64,000 nucleotides of DNA from Amoebophrya sp. A120. Lineage: Eukaryota > Protista > Dinoflagellata. Location of the stretch: the NCBI GenBank assembly GCA_905178155.1, contig CAJINV010000006.1:688398-752397 (forward strand). Direction: 5' to 3'. The position numbers and the translations under genes were made by a program. The number at the start of each line of letters is the position of its first letter. Position 1 is the stretch's first letter. Below the pieces are notes generated by a model. The model had not been told where the DNA came from. It saw only the letters and a list, made by a program, of their open reading frames with translations, and did not search any database. This document shows positions 61,174 through 64,000 of this stretch, in pieces.

Positions 61174-64000
61174 ATGTTTTCCAAACTCGTAGTCCTTTTT
61201 ACCGCCACGGTGGTGCAAACGTCTTTGAGCTCCGGCAGCGGGGGAGGTCACGAGACGACCGGCCCCGGCTCGAGTAAGACGAGGAGAGGTGGTCGCAGAG
61301 GACACCAGCACCCGAAAGGGGCCGCAAACAGTGGCTCCAGCTCCTCCTCGTCCTCCTCTCGTCCCCTACTGCCTCCGTCCGCTCTCATCCCCGGCACGCA
61401 AGGCATTGTCGCGGATGAAGCTACTGCGAGGTTGATGGGATACGATGGGGGGTACCACCCCGGGAAAGGTACCTGCCCGAAGGGAAAGGGGAGTGGACGA
61501 CAGGGGCAGGAGCATCGGTCCTCTGCAGAACACCGACAGGGCCTCCTGCAGGGCGTCCCGGCGGTTGCGGCAGCCGGAAATACTGTTCCGCACCGTCCCC
61601 CCGTTGTGGTTTCGGTTGCAGCAGCGCTAGAGCAGCAAGGCCAGCACGGCGGCGGTGAAAATCAGGTGCCTGCTATTGGAGCGACGGACACTGGCGATGC
61701 TGGCTACCTGTTCCAACATCCACTGGCGGCACAACAGGCTCTCGTGCAGGCGGTGCAACCACCCATGCAGCAGATGCAGCAGTCGCAACAGATGCAGCAG
61801 GCGCAACAAATGCAGCAGTCGCACCCAGGTGTAGGTCCAGCTGCAGCTCCGCAAGGTGTCCTTGCTGTGCCGACGGTCGTGCCAATGCAACCTGGTGTTG
61901 CCGTGCCGATGGGCAACATGCAAACCGTTCTGACACATTTCACCGGTTGGACCAGCGCACTGAATCCTGTTCCCGCGACAGGAGTGGTTCCAGCGGCTGC
62001 TCAACATCCTGTGATGCAACAGCAGCAACAACAGCAGCAGCAGCAGAAACAGCAGTCTAATACTGTCCCCCCAGCAGCCGTGGGAGTTGCCATTCCTGGC
62101 GTCGGAACAACAACTACGATGCGACATCCACCCCCACCACCACCCGCACCGCCAGTACTTGTGCCAACTCTTTTGGCAACGGAAAGCCATGATGGAAAAA
62201 ATGTGGCACAGCAGCAACAGCAGAATGTGTTCCAGCAGCAACCACCTTCCGTCCAGCCCTGCAACCACCACAATTGGGCAGATTCGAAAACACCTGTCAG
62301 TGGTGCTACGACTAGCTGCGAACACTCTCAATCGAAACCAACGCCACTAAATTCCCAGGCGTCCTGTTCCTCCTCCGATAACCACTCTGTCAAGTCAGAC
62401 CGATATTCCAGGCGCGCGATGGAGCGGCAGGCTCGTGCAGCAGAGAGAATTGCCTCGGGAAAAAATAAACTTCCTGACCCTCTGCCGGTCGGGCAGCTAC
62501 CGAGGGAAGTACAGAGCCAGAGGACTGCTCCTTCTATGGTGAGTGTTCCCGAGGTGACTGTCGCGAGCACTGGTCGTGGGACCGCAACCTCTGCACCTGC
62601 AGGAAATATTAAAAATACATCCGAGGCACCCGCTCCCACGACAGAAAATAACTCTTCTGGGTTTACCGGCCCGATGTGGTTTCGCAAAGACGCAATTCCA
62701 CTCCCGGATAAGGGCGTCGCGAGTGCAGAGCCTGTCTCGAAAGGCTTCGCACAGCACGTCCAAGGCAAGCGTTGCCCCCGGATCTGCAAGTACATGCACA
62801 AACCGGGCGGGCCGTCGTGTAAGGACGGAAAAGATTGCGACTTCTGCCACCTCTGCCCCCGACCGGGGAGAACGGAAAGTGGGAAGCTCGAGACCTGGGG
62901 GTCTGACCAGCCAGTGAGGCGGAATGCGGACGGGAGTTCCCGGTGGAAAGGGTACTATATGCATTGCAAATATGTCTGGGCCTGGAAGAGTGTAACTTGT
63001 CATGCTACATCTGGATCGTGGAAAAATCTGTGTTGCATGATTACCGAAAGAGATCCACTTTTGAACAAGTTTAGAGGCAGTTTCTCATGCAGGAAGGGCA
63101 TGATAGAGATCTCACAGAACCTGTCATGCTAGGCCGTGCATGGCAGACCGCGTGTGTCATGGAAAACCTGCATGACAAACCTACCAATCTTCCAGACCCA
63201 GACATTTTTGCATTTGATATACTACGAATCGAAGCAGTATGGAAAGATGGACGAGAATGTTGTAGCGCCGGAGGCGCAGCATCAGCAAGCTTCAGTGCCA
63301 AGGGCGCCGGGACCATCTACTTCCTGGGAGATGATGCGGCACAACGACGCTAGGGCCAGGCAAGCGAAGCAAGCTGGTCGAAGTACTTCTTCTAGAACTA
63401 TGGGGCCACAGCTTAGCAACAGCAGTGCGGCTTCTTCTTCAACGGCGTCGAGCTCCGCAGCACGGTATCATCATCCAGGAACATCACGAAGGGGCAGTAC
63501 AATTTCTACGGCAGCCTCTTCCAACGCAGGATCATCTTCCCGCGCGCCGTCTAGTTGTACAACAACTCGAAAGGCCGCCCGCTCTAGATCCAGATCGTCA
63601 TCTCGTGATGAAAATAGGAACAAGAAGATGAACATCAAGCGCAACAACGAGATGAAGGGTCGTCAACAGCGCTCGGTCTCTCCCAAGATGAGCAGAAATG
63701 AACATCAACAACGACAGCCGGTGAAGGACGTTGTTGAACCAACAGCAGCCGCCAGTTCCGCCGCGGCCTCAAGTGCGGCCTCAAGTGCGAGTGTGATCGC
63801 GGAATACGACCGAAATCACGTCCCGACGAAGCGTCTTCTATCTGACAGGATTAACGCCTTGTGCCTAGACAGGCCGAGGTACGAGAAAAGTAAAGAGGCG
63901 GATAGTATATTCGGGCAGAGGTGTAAACCTAAAGAGGCAGGCAGCCGTTCTTCGTCCAGCAGTTCCTCTTCGGGGTTAGAAACGGACACGGAGGACGAAA
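61174..64000 (+). CDS. Low-complexity Q/P/S-rich protein with dinoflagellate-type C3H1-like zinc finger; 3' end beyond window
   Basis: ORF from 61174. Motif SKGFAQHVQGKRCPRICKYMHKPGGPSCKDGKDCDFCHLC at ~62735-62855. After removing introner 62958-63219 the frame continues (KGYY|ESKQYGKMDE...) open to the window end. Confidence 0.8.
62958..63219. mobile_element. Family A introner in second gene
   Basis: TSD tacta on both sides; sequence very similar to copy 48700-48961. Confidence 0.92.

Noticed and set aside
62010-62055. CAG/CAA run
   Set aside because: Ordinary poly-Gln tract in a low-complexity protein.

Overview
Eukaryotic (alveolate, most likely dinoflagellate/Syndiniales, Amoebophrya-like; inferred) genomic DNA. 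The ORF track looks fragmented because one giant + strand gene (1166-59325) is interrupted, by my hand count, by 108 MITE-like insertions plus one canonical GT-AG intron. Nearly every insertion starts TAT, ends ATA, has terminal inverted repeats (TIRs) and sits between 5-bp direct repeats (TSDs). They fall into 8 multi-copy families plus singletons, mostly 142-324 bp. Removing each element plus one TSD copy restores one open frame of 24,750 nt (~8,250 aa). The product has a signal peptide, Cys-rich/PAN modules, an alpha2delta-like VWA+Cache region, ~60 TSP1 repeats with EF-hand and Apple insertions, one TM helix and a long cytoplasmic tail. The insertions therefore behave as non-canonical introns (introners) with no common GT/GC-AG ends. 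The standout is a 4.73-kb member (18357-23086) with ~280-bp TIRs and an ATACC TSD. It carries a captured, frameshifted fragment of another gene with seven nested introners, yet excises in frame from a TSP1 repeat. A second gene (61174->64000, C3H1-type Zn finger) has one introner. All junctions were read manually; no RNA evidence is available.
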